From assembly GCA_005789645.1 (NCBI GenBank), contig SXXH01000098.1, positions 1 through 52,220 on the forward strand: a stretch of DNA of 52,220 nucleotides, written 5' to 3'. How positions within the stretch are numbered: the first letter of the stretch is position 1; every line of letters starts with the position of its first letter. This document shows positions 44,174 through 52,220 of the stretch, piece by piece. This stretch comes from Planctomycetia bacterium (GTDB lineage: Bacteria > Planctomycetota > UBA1135 > GCA-002686595). Position numbers and translations under genes: made by a program. The notes beneath the pieces were generated by a model. That model was not told the origin of the DNA. It saw only the letters and a list, made by a program, of their open reading frames with translations, and searched no databases.

Positions 44174-45175
44174 TCAACGCGCGAGCTCGATCACGCCGCG
44201 GTAGCGCACCTTGCCGTCGCGCTGGCGTTCCATGAGCGTGTTGATCTCGTCGAGCCCGTACAACTCGAGCTTGGGCTTGACCTTGCCCGCCGCCACCAAG
44301 GCGAGCACCTCGACCATGTCCTGGCGCTCGTCCTGCATCGATCCCACGACGGAAAGCTGCTTCAGCAGCATCAGCATCGGATCGACGGCGATGGGTTCTC
44401 CGCCCACCGCCATGGTCACGAGCCGGCCTTCGTGGCGCAGCCCGGCGAGCACCTGCGAGTTGTGGCGCATCGAGTTGGAGGTCGACAAGACGATGTCCGC
44501 GCCACCCATGGCGGCGAGCTCCAGCCCGGCGTGCTCCTTGACGACCAACACCTCGTCGGCGCCGAAGGAGAGCGACTCGGCGCGCTTGTCGGCGCTGCCC
44601 GTGATGGCGACCACCTCGTGGCCCATGGCCTTGGCGACTTGCACGGCGAGGTGGCCGAGGCCCCCGATGCCGACGACGGCGACGCGCTCGCCCGCCTTGG
44701 CGCGCGCGTTGCGGTAGCCGCTCATCACCGTGTAGCCAGCGCAGAACATGGGCGCGGCGACGGCCCAGTCGACGCCCGCGGGAATCAAGGTGCAGCCGCG
44801 CGCCTCGGCCAGCATGTCCTCGCAGTGGCCGCCAACCAGCGTCATCCAAGTCGTCGCCGCGTCGCAGTAGAGCTCCTTGTGGCGCTGGCACTGGCCGCAG
44901 GCGCCGCAACCGCGCTGCACCCACGACACTCCCACGCGATCGCCGACCTTCAAGCCTTGCACGCCCGCGCCGAGGACCTCGACCACGCCCACGGGTTCGT
45001 GGCCGAGGACGAGCGGCGCGGTCACCGGGAAGTGCCCGTGCCACACATGGATGTCGGTGCCGCAGACGCCGCTGGCGTGCATGCGCACCAGCACTTGGCC
45101 CGGCCCAGGCGTGGGCACGGGCAAGTCGACGAGTCTCAGGGGTGCGTCAGGCTGGGTGTATTGTGCGGCGCGCAT
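44174..45175 (-). CDS. zinc-dependent alcohol dehydrogenase
   Basis: GHEPVGVV, structural-zinc Cys cluster CGACGQCQRHKELYC, and Rossmann motif VVGIGGLGHLAV. Start at ATG 45175, 9 nt after GGAGG. Confidence 0.85.
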   Translation of the reverse strand: MRAAQYTQPDAPLRLVDLPVPTPGPGQVLVRMHASGVCGTDIHVWHGHFPVTAPLVLGHEPVGVVEVLGAGVQGLKVGDRVGVSWVQRGCGACGQCQRHKELYCDAATTWMTLVGGHCEDMLAEARGCTLIPAGVDWAVAAPMFCAGYTVMSGYRNARAKAGERVAVVGIGGLGHLAVQVAKAMGHEVVAITGSADKRAESLSFGADEVLVVKEHAGLELAAMGGADIVLSTSNSMRHNSQVLAGLRHEGRLVTMAVGGEPIAVDPMLMLLKQLSVVGSMQDERQDMVEVLALVAAGKVKPKLELYGLDEINTLMERQRDGKVRYRGVIELAR

Positions 45176-45330
45176 GGAATTCATCCTCCGGCACCGCGCT
45201 CGCAAGGCAAGCCAAGTCTCGGCCAAGACCGCTCGTGCCGGCGCGATCCGAGCCCGCGACATGCAACCAGCCGCAGGGTCGCCCCCGCGGCTGGTGCTGC
45301 GCGCGGCATGGTCGCCGCCTTCGCCATGAC

Positions 45331-46164
45331 TCAGAACATCTTCGCGATCGTCAAGTTGCGCGCCGCGTTCGAGGAGAAGCTCGTGTGGCGCCAGCTGTTG
45401 ACGTCGAACGCGACATCGGCTCGGAAGATCGCGAGGTAGTAGGCGCGGGCGGCGTTGTCCCAGTTGCGCATCGGGTCGGCTACGTTGGCGGCGTTGACGG
45501 CGACCTGGAAGGTCTGCGTGCTGCGCGGGTCGGGCAGGAAGGGCAGGAGCGGAGCATTGGCGCCCGAAGCCCACGTCGACAGGAAGGGCAGGAAGCTCGC
45601 GGCCGAGTCGGCGTACACGCCTACCGAACCCGAAGCGCACTTGAAGCCCGCCTCGATCCATTGGTTCCTGTGCGACGAGCTGTAGCAAGCCGTGCTGAAC
45701 ACCATGCGCAGCTTGGAGCGTTGCGCCGCGGTGAGGCTCGACTGCAGGCGGTTCCTGACCTCGAGGGTCGAGCGCCACTCTTCGTTGGAGAAGACCATCC
45801 ACTCGTCCCAGCCCGAGTCGCTGACCCAGTCGGAACCGTGCGTCATGATGACTAGGTCGACGGCACGCACGTTGGCGAGGATGGTAGAGGCGCTGAGCGC
45901 GTTGACGAGGCCGCTCAAGGACGCTTGGTCGTCGCGCACCACGCGCACGCGGTTGTAGGCCGGCGCCAACTGCGCGACGGCCGCGTTGACGCCTTGGTCT
46001 TCGATGAACTCGTACATGAAGTCGCCGCCGAGGTCGGCTTGGAGGATGACGAGTTCGCGCTGCGACTTGGTGATCAGCGACTGCGCCTTGGCCGTGGTCG
46101 ACAATGCGACGAGAGCGAGCGAGGCGAGGGAGAGGACCGCGAGACGTTGCAGGGAGGAGAACAT
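45331..46164 (-). CDS. secreted hypothetical protein with caspase/legumain-like His...Cys strand pattern
   Basis: Signal peptide MFSSLQRLAVLSLASLALVALSTTAKAQ. VDLVIMTHGS and LRMVFSTACYSS lie 51 residues apart. Start at ATG 46164, 9 nt after AAGGA. Confidence 0.65.
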   Translation of the reverse strand: MFSSLQRLAVLSLASLALVALSTTAKAQSLITKSQRELVILQADLGGDFMYEFIEDQGVNAAVAQLAPAYNRVRVVRDDQASLSGLVNALSASTILANVRAVDLVIMTHGSDWVSDSGWDEWMVFSNEEWRSTLEVRNRLQSSLTAAQRSKLRMVFSTACYSSSHRNQWIEAGFKCASGSVGVYADSAASFLPFLSTWASGANAPLLPFLPDPRSTQTFQVAVNAANVADPMRNWDNAARAYYLAIFRADVAFDVNSWRHTSFSSNAARNLTIAKMF

Positions 46165-46390
46165 GGCAGGCATTCCTTTGGATTCGGGGAGGGTTCGCCC
46201 GGCCCTCGAGAGCCGCCACCCGCCGTGGGTGGCCGTCGCTGCCGCGCCGGACACTTCCCGAGACACGCCTGCGGCAGAACTCCAACCGGCTCAGACAGGA
46301 AATGCAGAAGAATAGACGTAAATCGTTTACCGGAAATAACTTACGCGGCACTGGCGCGCACGTGGAAGGCGCTCGACAGCGCGCTGTCTC

Positions 46391-47683
46391 TCAGCGCACC
46401 AAGCTGGCCCGGCCGGGCTGCGGCTCTTCGTCGATCTCGGGCAGGCGGCCGTCGAAGCTGGCCTCGGACAAGCCCTGCAACTCGATGCCATGCAAGATCG
46501 CGGGCCCAATGGCCACCTGCGCCGCGTCTTCGAGCACCACATCAGCCGTGGGCGCGTAGCACCGTCCCTCGGCTTGGATGCTCGCGAGGTCGGAGATCAT
46601 CCATGTGGACGCCAAGCTGCGTTGCAGGGCCCATGTGCGCCCCCAACCGGGCAACCCGGTCATGGGCTCGCCGACCAGGCGGCTGGCGCCGGTCAACTGC
46701 AAGCCGACGAAGTCGCCGAGCTGGATGGTGGCACCATCGAGGTACAGCTCGGCGTTGCCCGAGAGCACGATCGAACCGTCGAACTGGTGCAGTCCAGCGG
46801 TCAAGACGATGCGCCCGCCGCTGGCTTCGAGCCCCGTGTGCAGACCCGGGGCGACGCGCGTCAGGGACACGTTGTCGTGTCCGATGGGAAGGGCCGGGCC
46901 GGAGCTCCAAGCCGGCAGCGGCACGGCGGCCTTGGGATCGGCCGGCACGTCATAGTCGGCGACGACCCGGCCGTCGATGCGCGCCTCGCTTGCCGGATCC
47001 AGATCGCCTGCGATACGCACGATGGGCGCTACCAGTTGGCTGGAGCCCGACACCGACACGGCACGGACATCGGACGAGGCCACCGAGATGCCGCCGGCGC
47101 TGCGCAAGCTGGATTCGCCCGCCAGAGCGATGGCGCCCGCCGCCGGATCCTGCACCAACAAGCTGGTCGTGTGGCGCGCAGGCCGGTGCACCGCGACGCT
47201 GCTGCGTTCGATGCTGAAGGGGCCGTTGGCGAACAACCCGCCCAAGACTAGGCCCACCGGGCCATTGGGGTGGTCCGCGGCGAAGCGCACGCGCACGCGC
47301 ACGGCCGGACCGCCTTCGGGCAATGGGGTGAATTGGCGCGTCTGGGCATCCCACTCGCCGAACAGCAGATCGCCCCCACCCGCCTTGCCGTCGATCACTT
47401 GCACGACCACCGGACCGTTGGGCCCGCGATTGGCGCCGGCTGCGGCCAAGGCGTCTGTCACGGCCGCCTCCGGACCGTCCGGGAAGCGAGCCGCCGCGGC
47501 CAACGCCACGGCGTCTGCGGCCGTCTTGGCTTGTGTGTAGGCCCGCAGGGCCAAACCTACCTCCGCCCCCAGCCAGCTGAGCATCATCACGACCGGCAAG
47601 GCCACGACGATCTTGATGGAGGCCACCCCGGCGCGAGAATGCCCCCCCACGGGTCGACTTGCGAGGTGCTGGGGAATGACCAT
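46391..47683 (-). CDS. TadG-like Flp pilus-assembly protein (TadE/G-like N-domain + large C-terminal region)
   Basis: N-terminal RAGVASIKIVVALPVVMMLSWLGAEVGLALRAYTQAKTAADAVALAAA resembles the TadE/G-like anchor. It is divergent from cpaA. Start at ATG 47683. Confidence 0.6.
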   Translation of the reverse strand: MVIPQHLASRPVGGHSRAGVASIKIVVALPVVMMLSWLGAEVGLALRAYTQAKTAADAVALAAAARFPDGPEAAVTDALAAAGANRGPNGPVVVQVIDGKAGGGDLLFGEWDAQTRQFTPLPEGGPAVRVRVRFAADHPNGPVGLVLGGLFANGPFSIERSSVAVHRPARHTTSLLVQDPAAGAIALAGESSLRSAGGISVASSDVRAVSVSGSSQLVAPIVRIAGDLDPASEARIDGRVVADYDVPADPKAAVPLPAWSSGPALPIGHDNVSLTRVAPGLHTGLEASGGRIVLTAGLHQFDGSIVLSGNAELYLDGATIQLGDFVGLQLTGASRLVGEPMTGLPGWGRTWALQRSLASTWMISDLASIQAEGRCYAPTADVVLEDAAQVAIGPAILHGIELQGLSEASFDGRLPEIDEEPQPGRASLVR

Positions 47684-47808
47684 CTTCAGGAAAGGGGCGG
47701 CTCGGCTTCCGGCATGAAGAGTACCATTGCTGGGAGGCCGATGACGGCTCACCTCACCCGTCCGATGTCCCTGCGTCCGTTCCCAAGCTCGGCACCAATC
47801 GGATTTCC

Positions 47809-48426
47809 ATGACATCCGCCCTTGCGTTGCTCGAATCCACCTCGGCGTTACCCTCGGGCCCCCCGGCTTGGGTGTGGGTGCTGCTGTTGGTCGCGTGCCT
47901 GGTGGCGACGCGCACGGACTTGCGCTCGATGCGCATCCCCAATTGGCTGACGCTGCCGCTGTTCGCCCTGGGCGTGTCGTATTGGGGGATCCAAGGCGGG
48001 CTGTCCGGCGTAGGCGACGCGCTGCTGGGCGCCCTGATCTGCGGCGGGATCTTCATCGGCGCCTACATCCTCGCCGGCGGCGGCGCGGGGGACGCGAAGC
48101 TGATGCTCGCCATGGGTGCCTGGGTCGGATCGGACCCGGCAGTCGTGCTGGTGCTCGGGGTCACCTTCGCGGGCTTCGTCTGGAGCATGATCATGACGAT
48201 CAAGCGCCTCGGCCTCGGCGCCGTCCCGATCACCATCCTGCACGGCGTGACCATGACTCGACTCGAGTTCCGCAAGGTGCTGCGCTCGGGAGTGACCACC
48301 AACGCCGCGCCGGAGCCGACCGACCAGGTCGAACGGCCCGACCATTGGATGCCCTACGCCCCCGCGATCCTCGTGGGAACCATCGCCAGTTGGTGGTACT
48401 GGAACACCTACGGAGCGATCCTGTGA
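47809..48426 (+). CDS. cpaA: A24-family prepilin peptidase, Tad type (CpaA/TadV)
   Basis: Polytopic membrane protein with the two catalytic Asp contexts RTDLRSMRIPN and GGGAGDAKLMLAMGAW. No methyltransferase domain. Confidence 0.85.
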   Translation: MTSALALLESTSALPSGPPAWVWVLLLVACLVATRTDLRSMRIPNWLTLPLFALGVSYWGIQGGLSGVGDALLGALICGGIFIGAYILAGGGAGDAKLMLAMGAWVGSDPAVVLVLGVTFAGFVWSMIMTIKRLGLGAVPITILHGVTMTRLEFRKVLRSGVTTNAAPEPTDQVERPDHWMPYAPAILVGTIASWWYWNTYGAIL

Positions 48427-48863
48427 AGTTCGCCCAGCACCATCGCGTCCTCGCAACTCGCGCGCACCCCAGGCGACGCGGAGTGGAGACCATCGAAGTC
48501 GCCATCGCGCTGCCGCTGCTGCTGATCGTCATCTTCGCCGGCTTCGAGTACGGCTGGGCGATCCTGCGCAGCATCCAGACCGACCACGCGGCGCGCGAGG
48601 GAGCGCGCGTCGCGGCCCTGCATGGCGCCACCGCCGGCGAGGTCGAGGCGCGCGTGCTCGCCGCCTTGGACGACGCGGGCATCGTCGACGCCACGGTGGC
48701 GATCGAGCCCGGCGATCCGGGGCTCGTGCCGCCCGGCCTGCCGATCAGCGTGCGCGTCGCGGCCCCGTACCGGTCCAACCGGCTGCTGGGGCTCGCCAAC
48801 TTGATGCCGCTGCCGCAAGAACTGGTGGGGCGCGCCTCCATGGTCAAGGAGCCCGATCCCTGA
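48423..48863 (+). CDS. tadE: TadE-like pseudopilin
   Basis: GTG 48423 forms a GTGA overlap with the cpaA stop. RRGVETIEVAIALPLLLIVIFAGFEYGWAI matches the TadE N-terminal motif. Confidence 0.75.
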   Translation: MKFAQHHRVLATRAHPRRRGVETIEVAIALPLLLIVIFAGFEYGWAILRSIQTDHAAREGARVAALHGATAGEVEARVLAALDDAGIVDATVAIEPGDPGLVPPGLPISVRVAAPYRSNRLLGLANLMPLPQELVGRASMVKEPDP

Positions 48864-48961
48864 CGCCCGGACATCCGTCGCGCGCGCCCTGCCGCGCGGA
48901 CTTGGAACTTCGCCACGCATCCCCCACGAACCGCACCACGACCCCGCACCCAGCCCTTGCC

Positions 48962-49879
48962 ATGACCAATTCACGCATGCTCCTCGTCGGCCTCGCCGTC
49001 GCGGCCGTGGCGGCCCTGCTCGTGGGCCTGCTCCAGTCCTTGACCTCGCCCGACCAAACCGCGCGTGGCGCGGGCGCGCGTCAGCACATCGTGGCGGCGC
49101 GCGACCTGCCGGCCGGACGCAAGCTCGTGGCGCAGGACCTGGCTTGGGCGAACGCGCCCGAGGGCGTCGACGCCGGACTCGCCTCCAGCTCCGAGGCGCT
49201 GGGTCGCGCGTTGGTGGCGCCGCTCGCCAAGGGCCAGCCGCTGCGTGAAGTGAACTTGACAACGCGCCTCTCGGGCGCGGCGATCGCCAACCTGCTGCCG
49301 AGCGGCCAACGCGCCATCACGATCAGCCTGCGCGACACCGGTCCCGAGGTCGTGCTGTACCCGGGCGCGATGGTCGATGTGTTGGCGACCTTCGAGGTGC
49401 CGGGACGCTCCGGGCCCGCGCGCGAGGCGCTGACGCGCACGGTGTTGGAGGCGGCCAAGGTGCTGGCGGTCAACGATGACGCCGTGGGCGCCGCCGATGG
49501 CGCCGAGCGTCGCGGTTCGTCGCGTCGCTTGGCCCTGACGCTCGCCGTGACGCCGCAGCAAGCCGCCGACCTCGAGCTCGCCAGCTCGCGCGCCACGCTG
49601 GGCATCGCACTGCGCTCGGAACAGGACCGCGCCGCGGCGCAGCAACCCGTCACGCCCGTCGCCACGACCGCCAGCGTGTTCGGCGCCGAGTGGCTGCGCG
49701 ACGCGGCCGCCGAGAAGGTCGAGGCGCGCGTCGAGGAGAAGCCCGCGCCGCGCCAGCCGGCTCCCGTCGTCGCTCCGACCCAGCCCGCGCCCGTCGCGCC
49801 GAAGAAGGCCGCATGGGAGGTCAAGGTGCTGGGCGGCGATCGCGCGGAACGCACCGAGTTCCCCGCCAAGGACCAGTGA
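48962..49879 (+). CDS. cpaB: Flp pilus assembly protein CpaB/RcpC
   Basis: TM anchor, SAF-like VVAARDLPAGRKLVAQDL, an RcpC-type beta region, and a Pro/Ala-rich C-terminus. Confidence 0.85.
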   Translation: MTNSRMLLVGLAVAAVAALLVGLLQSLTSPDQTARGAGARQHIVAARDLPAGRKLVAQDLAWANAPEGVDAGLASSSEALGRALVAPLAKGQPLREVNLTTRLSGAAIANLLPSGQRAITISLRDTGPEVVLYPGAMVDVLATFEVPGRSGPAREALTRTVLEAAKVLAVNDDAVGAADGAERRGSSRRLALTLAVTPQQAADLELASSRATLGIALRSEQDRAAAQQPVTPVATTASVFGAEWLRDAAAEKVEARVEEKPAPRQPAPVVAPTQPAPVAPKKAAWEVKVLGGDRAERTEFPAKDQ

Positions 49880-51414
49880 TGGAACAACCTCGCGCACGAT
49901 CCATGACGACTTGCACCGTGTCGGCCTTGCTGTGGCTGTGCGTCGGCGCGGCGTCGGCTTCCGCGTCGCCCCTGGCGCGGATCTCCACCGTGGAGGCCAA
50001 GGCGCAGGACGCCAAGCCCGCGGAAGCGCTGCTCGTCGGCGGCTCGACGCTCGTGCGCCTCGACGCGCGCGTCGAGCTCGTGGTCGTGGCCGATCCGGCG
50101 GTGGTCGACGCCAAGCCCGTCTCGCCCAGCGAAGTGCTCTTGGTCGGCCGCGGGCACGGTTCCACCGATGTCGTCTTCCGCCTCGAATCGGGCGACAGCG
50201 TCGTGCGTCGCGTGGTCGTGGGCCTCGACGCGAACGGTCTCGCCACGCGCCTCAAGGAGCTCTTCGGCGCGAGCTTGACGGTGCAGGAGGTCGACGGCGT
50301 GGTCGCCTTGCGCGGACGCGTCGCCGATGTGCGCACGGCCGAGCTGCTGCGCGCCTACATGGAGAAGAGCGGCCTCAAGTGGATCGACTTGACGCACATC
50401 CCCGGCGTGCAGCAGGTGCAACTGCGCGTGCGGATCGCCGAGGCCAGTCGCACGGCGCTGCGCGAGTTGGGCTTCAGCGGCGTGGTCGGCGGCTCGTCGG
50501 CCTTCGGCGGCGTGCAAGCACCCGGCGGTTCGCCCTTCCAATCGGTGTCCATCTCGCCGCAGGCCGGTTCCTCGGTGGGCGCCGCCGACTTCGCCTTCGA
50601 CGCCTCGGGCAGCCCCGTGTCGAGCGCCACTACGCTCTTCGCCGGCGCGCCGAGCGCCAACCTCGAGGCGTACCTGCAGGCCTTGGCCGAGAACCGCTAC
50701 GTGCGACTGCTGGCCGAACCCAACCTCGTCGCCGTCAGCGGCGAGCAAGCCACCTTCCTCGTCGGCGGCGAGTTCCCCGTGCCGATCGTGCAAGGCTCGG
50801 TGGTCGGCGGCGGCAGCACGATCACGATCCAGTACAAGGAGTTCGGCGTGCGGCTGAACTTCCGGCCGCAGGTCCTCGGCCAAGGCCGCATCCGCCTCGA
50901 AGTCGCGCCCGAAGTCAGCGAACTGAGCGAGATCGGCGCGCTGAAGCAGAACGGCTTCACCATCCCGGGCATCGTCACGCGCCGCTCGAACACCACGGTC
51001 GAATTGGCCAGCGGCCAGTCGTTCGCGCTCGCCGGGTTGCTGCGCAGCAAGGACCAGGCGCGCTCCTCGAAGGTGCCCTTCCTCGGCGACGTTCCCGTGC
51101 TGGGCTCCTTGTTCCGCAGCGTTCGCTACGAGCAGGACCAGACCGAGCTCGTGGTCATGATCACGGCCGAGCTGGTCGAGCCGCTCGAGGACGGCCGCAT
51201 GCTGCCGCTGCCGGGCGACCTGCACGTGGCGCCGAACGACTGGGAGCTGTTCATGGAAGGCGAGCTGCATGGCAAGGCGCGTCTGGACGGCGCCGCGGTG
51301 CGGCTGAAGCAACTCGGCCTCGAGGCCCTGCGCGGTCCCGGCGCGTGGCGGCGTCCCGACGAACCGCGCGTGGCCGCCTCGGATCCGCCCCCCGCGGCCG
51401 GAGCTGTCCAGTGA
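49879..51414 (+). CDS. cpaC: Tad secretin CpaC/RcpA
   Basis: Signal peptide, BON-like N-domains, and a secretin core (RLLAEPNLVAVSGEQATFLVGGEFPVP ... VPFLGDVPVLGSLFRS). The ATG overlaps the cpaB stop. Confidence 0.9.
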   Translation: MEQPRARSMTTCTVSALLWLCVGAASASASPLARISTVEAKAQDAKPAEALLVGGSTLVRLDARVELVVVADPAVVDAKPVSPSEVLLVGRGHGSTDVVFRLESGDSVVRRVVVGLDANGLATRLKELFGASLTVQEVDGVVALRGRVADVRTAELLRAYMEKSGLKWIDLTHIPGVQQVQLRVRIAEASRTALRELGFSGVVGGSSAFGGVQAPGGSPFQSVSISPQAGSSVGAADFAFDASGSPVSSATTLFAGAPSANLEAYLQALAENRYVRLLAEPNLVAVSGEQATFLVGGEFPVPIVQGSVVGGGSTITIQYKEFGVRLNFRPQVLGQGRIRLEVAPEVSELSEIGALKQNGFTIPGIVTRRSNTTVELASGQSFALAGLLRSKDQARSSKVPFLGDVPVLGSLFRSVRYEQDQTELVVMITAELVEPLEDGRMLPLPGDLHVAPNDWELFMEGELHGKARLDGAAVRLKQLGLEALRGPGAWRRPDEPRVAASDPPPAAGAVQ

Positions 51415-52220
51415 GCGGAGCGACGACGGCCGCGCGGCTGGCCGAGTTGCGGCGCGAACTGCACCAGAAGTTGGTGCAGGCGCTCGACTACGGCGCGGCC
51501 GAGAAGCTCGAGCGCGAAGTGCTGGTCTCCTCGTGCGAGGCCCGCGCGCGCGCCTTGGCGCAGGACCTCGGTCGCGACCTCGCGGCAGGAGAGCGCGAAC
51601 GCCTCGTGTCAGGCGTGCTTGACGACATGTTCCGCCTCGGACCGCTCGAGCCGCTGCTGGCCGACGACGAGGTCAGCGACATCCTCGTCTCCGGTCCGCG
51701 CAAGGTGCATGTCGAGCGCCGCGGCGTGCTCGAGCCGGCGCCGGTCGAATTCCGCGACGAGGCGCACCTCCTGCATGTCGTGCAGCGCATCGTGCGCAAC
51801 GCCGGACGGCGCATCGACGAGAAGAGCCCGATGGTCGACGCGCGCCTGCCGGACGGTTCGCGCGTCAACGCGATCATCCCCCCGCTCGCCGTCGACGGGC
51901 CGCAGCTGTCGATCCGGCGCTTCCCGAGGCGCGCGCTCACCATCGAGCGCCTCGTCGAGCTGGGCGCGCTCGCGCCCGCCTCGGCCGAGCTGCTGCGCGG
52001 CGCGGTGCGTGGACGGTTGAACATCCTGTTCGCCGGCGGAGCGGGCGTCGGCAAGACGACGCTCTTGAACGCCGCCTCGTCTTCGCTCGGGCCGCGCGAA
52101 CGCATCGTGACCATCGAGGACGCCGCCGAGCTGCGGCTCGAAGGCGAGCAGATCGTGCGCCTCGAGACGCGCGCCGCGAACAGCGAAGGCGTCGGCGAGA
52201 CGACGACGCGCGACCTCGTG
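51411..52220 (+). CDS. cpaF: Tad secretion ATPase CpaF/TadA, partial (runs off the right edge)
   Basis: Absent from the track because it is open-ended. My translation from GTG 51411 (GTGA overlap with the cpaC stop) gives ...DDEVSDILVSGPRKVHVERRG...VDARLPDGSRVNAIIPPLAVDGPQLSIRRF...FAGGAGVGKTTLLNA (Walker A). Confidence 0.85.
   Translation, partial: MSGATTAARLAELRRELHQKLVQALDYGAAEKLEREVLVSSCEARARALAQDLGRDLAAGERERLVSGVLDDMFRLGPLEPLLADDEVSDILVSGPRKVHVERRGVLEPAPVEFRDEAHLLHVVQRIVRNAGRRIDEKSPMVDARLPDGSRVNAIIPPLAVDGPQLSIRRFPRRALTIERLVELGALAPASAELLRGAVRGRLNILFAGGAGVGKTTLLNAASSSLGPRERIVTIEDAAELRLEGEQIVRLETRAANSEGVGETTTRDLV

Noticed and set aside
46165-48961. A Flp pilin gene in the Tad-locus intergenic spaces (46165..46390, 47684..47808, 48864..48961).
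   Set aside because: I read both strands and found no short ORF with a Flp-type leader (G/XXXXEY) followed by a hydrophobic helix. The only ORFs are Arg-rich shadow frames. The pilin gene is probably outside the window.
1-52220. CRISPR arrays, IS elements or transposases, prophage genes, toxin-antitoxin pairs, and restriction or other recognisable defence genes.
   Set aside because: None were found. There are no regularly spaced direct repeats and no nuclease, helicase, integrase or transposase motifs in any credible ORF.

Overview
This is a 52.2-kb, roughly 70% GC chromosomal segment. It probably comes from a diderm (Gram-negative-type) bacterium, because it carries a TonB system, a TonB-dependent receptor, a secretin and lipoproteins. 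Coding is dense on both strands. I found no rRNA, CRISPR array, transposase, integrase or phage genes. Many long ORFs in the supplied track are high-GC shadow frames; I kept only frames with recognisable family motifs or clean signal peptides. From left to right the window holds: a partial secreted protein; arsM, a Kv-type K+ channel and a PhoD-like phosphatase; a secreted protein with a Cys-containing C-terminal module; thrA; a modABC operon led by an unusual XRE-HTH + Mop regulator; a 2OG-oxygenase; tRNA-Arg(CCU); a beta-lactamase-fold hydrolase; a JmjC protein; and an aldo/keto reductase. Next comes a 15-kb co-directional block: a TonB-dependent receptor, a Vibrio TonB2-like six-gene energiser set (DUF3450, long ExbB, ExbB, ExbD, TonB, TPR), a beta-helix secreted protein, a lipoprotein, and a transglutaminase-esterase fusion. 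After that are a DUF455 + ATP-grasp pair, two orphan pseudopilins, and a glycan-tailoring cluster (GT-A transferases plus a pyruvyl transferase coupled to a nitroreductase-fold protein). The right end holds a rhodanese fusion, proS, a Zn-ADH, a small secreted protein with a caspase-like His/Cys pattern, and the start of a Tad/Flp pilus locus (tadG-like, cpaA, tadE, cpaB, cpaC, cpaF partial). I recognise no single obviously new system. The most promising leads are the pyruvyl-transferase/nitroreductase glycan cluster with adjacent orphan pseudopilins, the shared C-terminal Cys module, the secreted His/Cys protein beside the Tad locus, and the XRE-Mop regulator with its palindromic sites. All family calls rest on motif recognition by eye; no database search was run.
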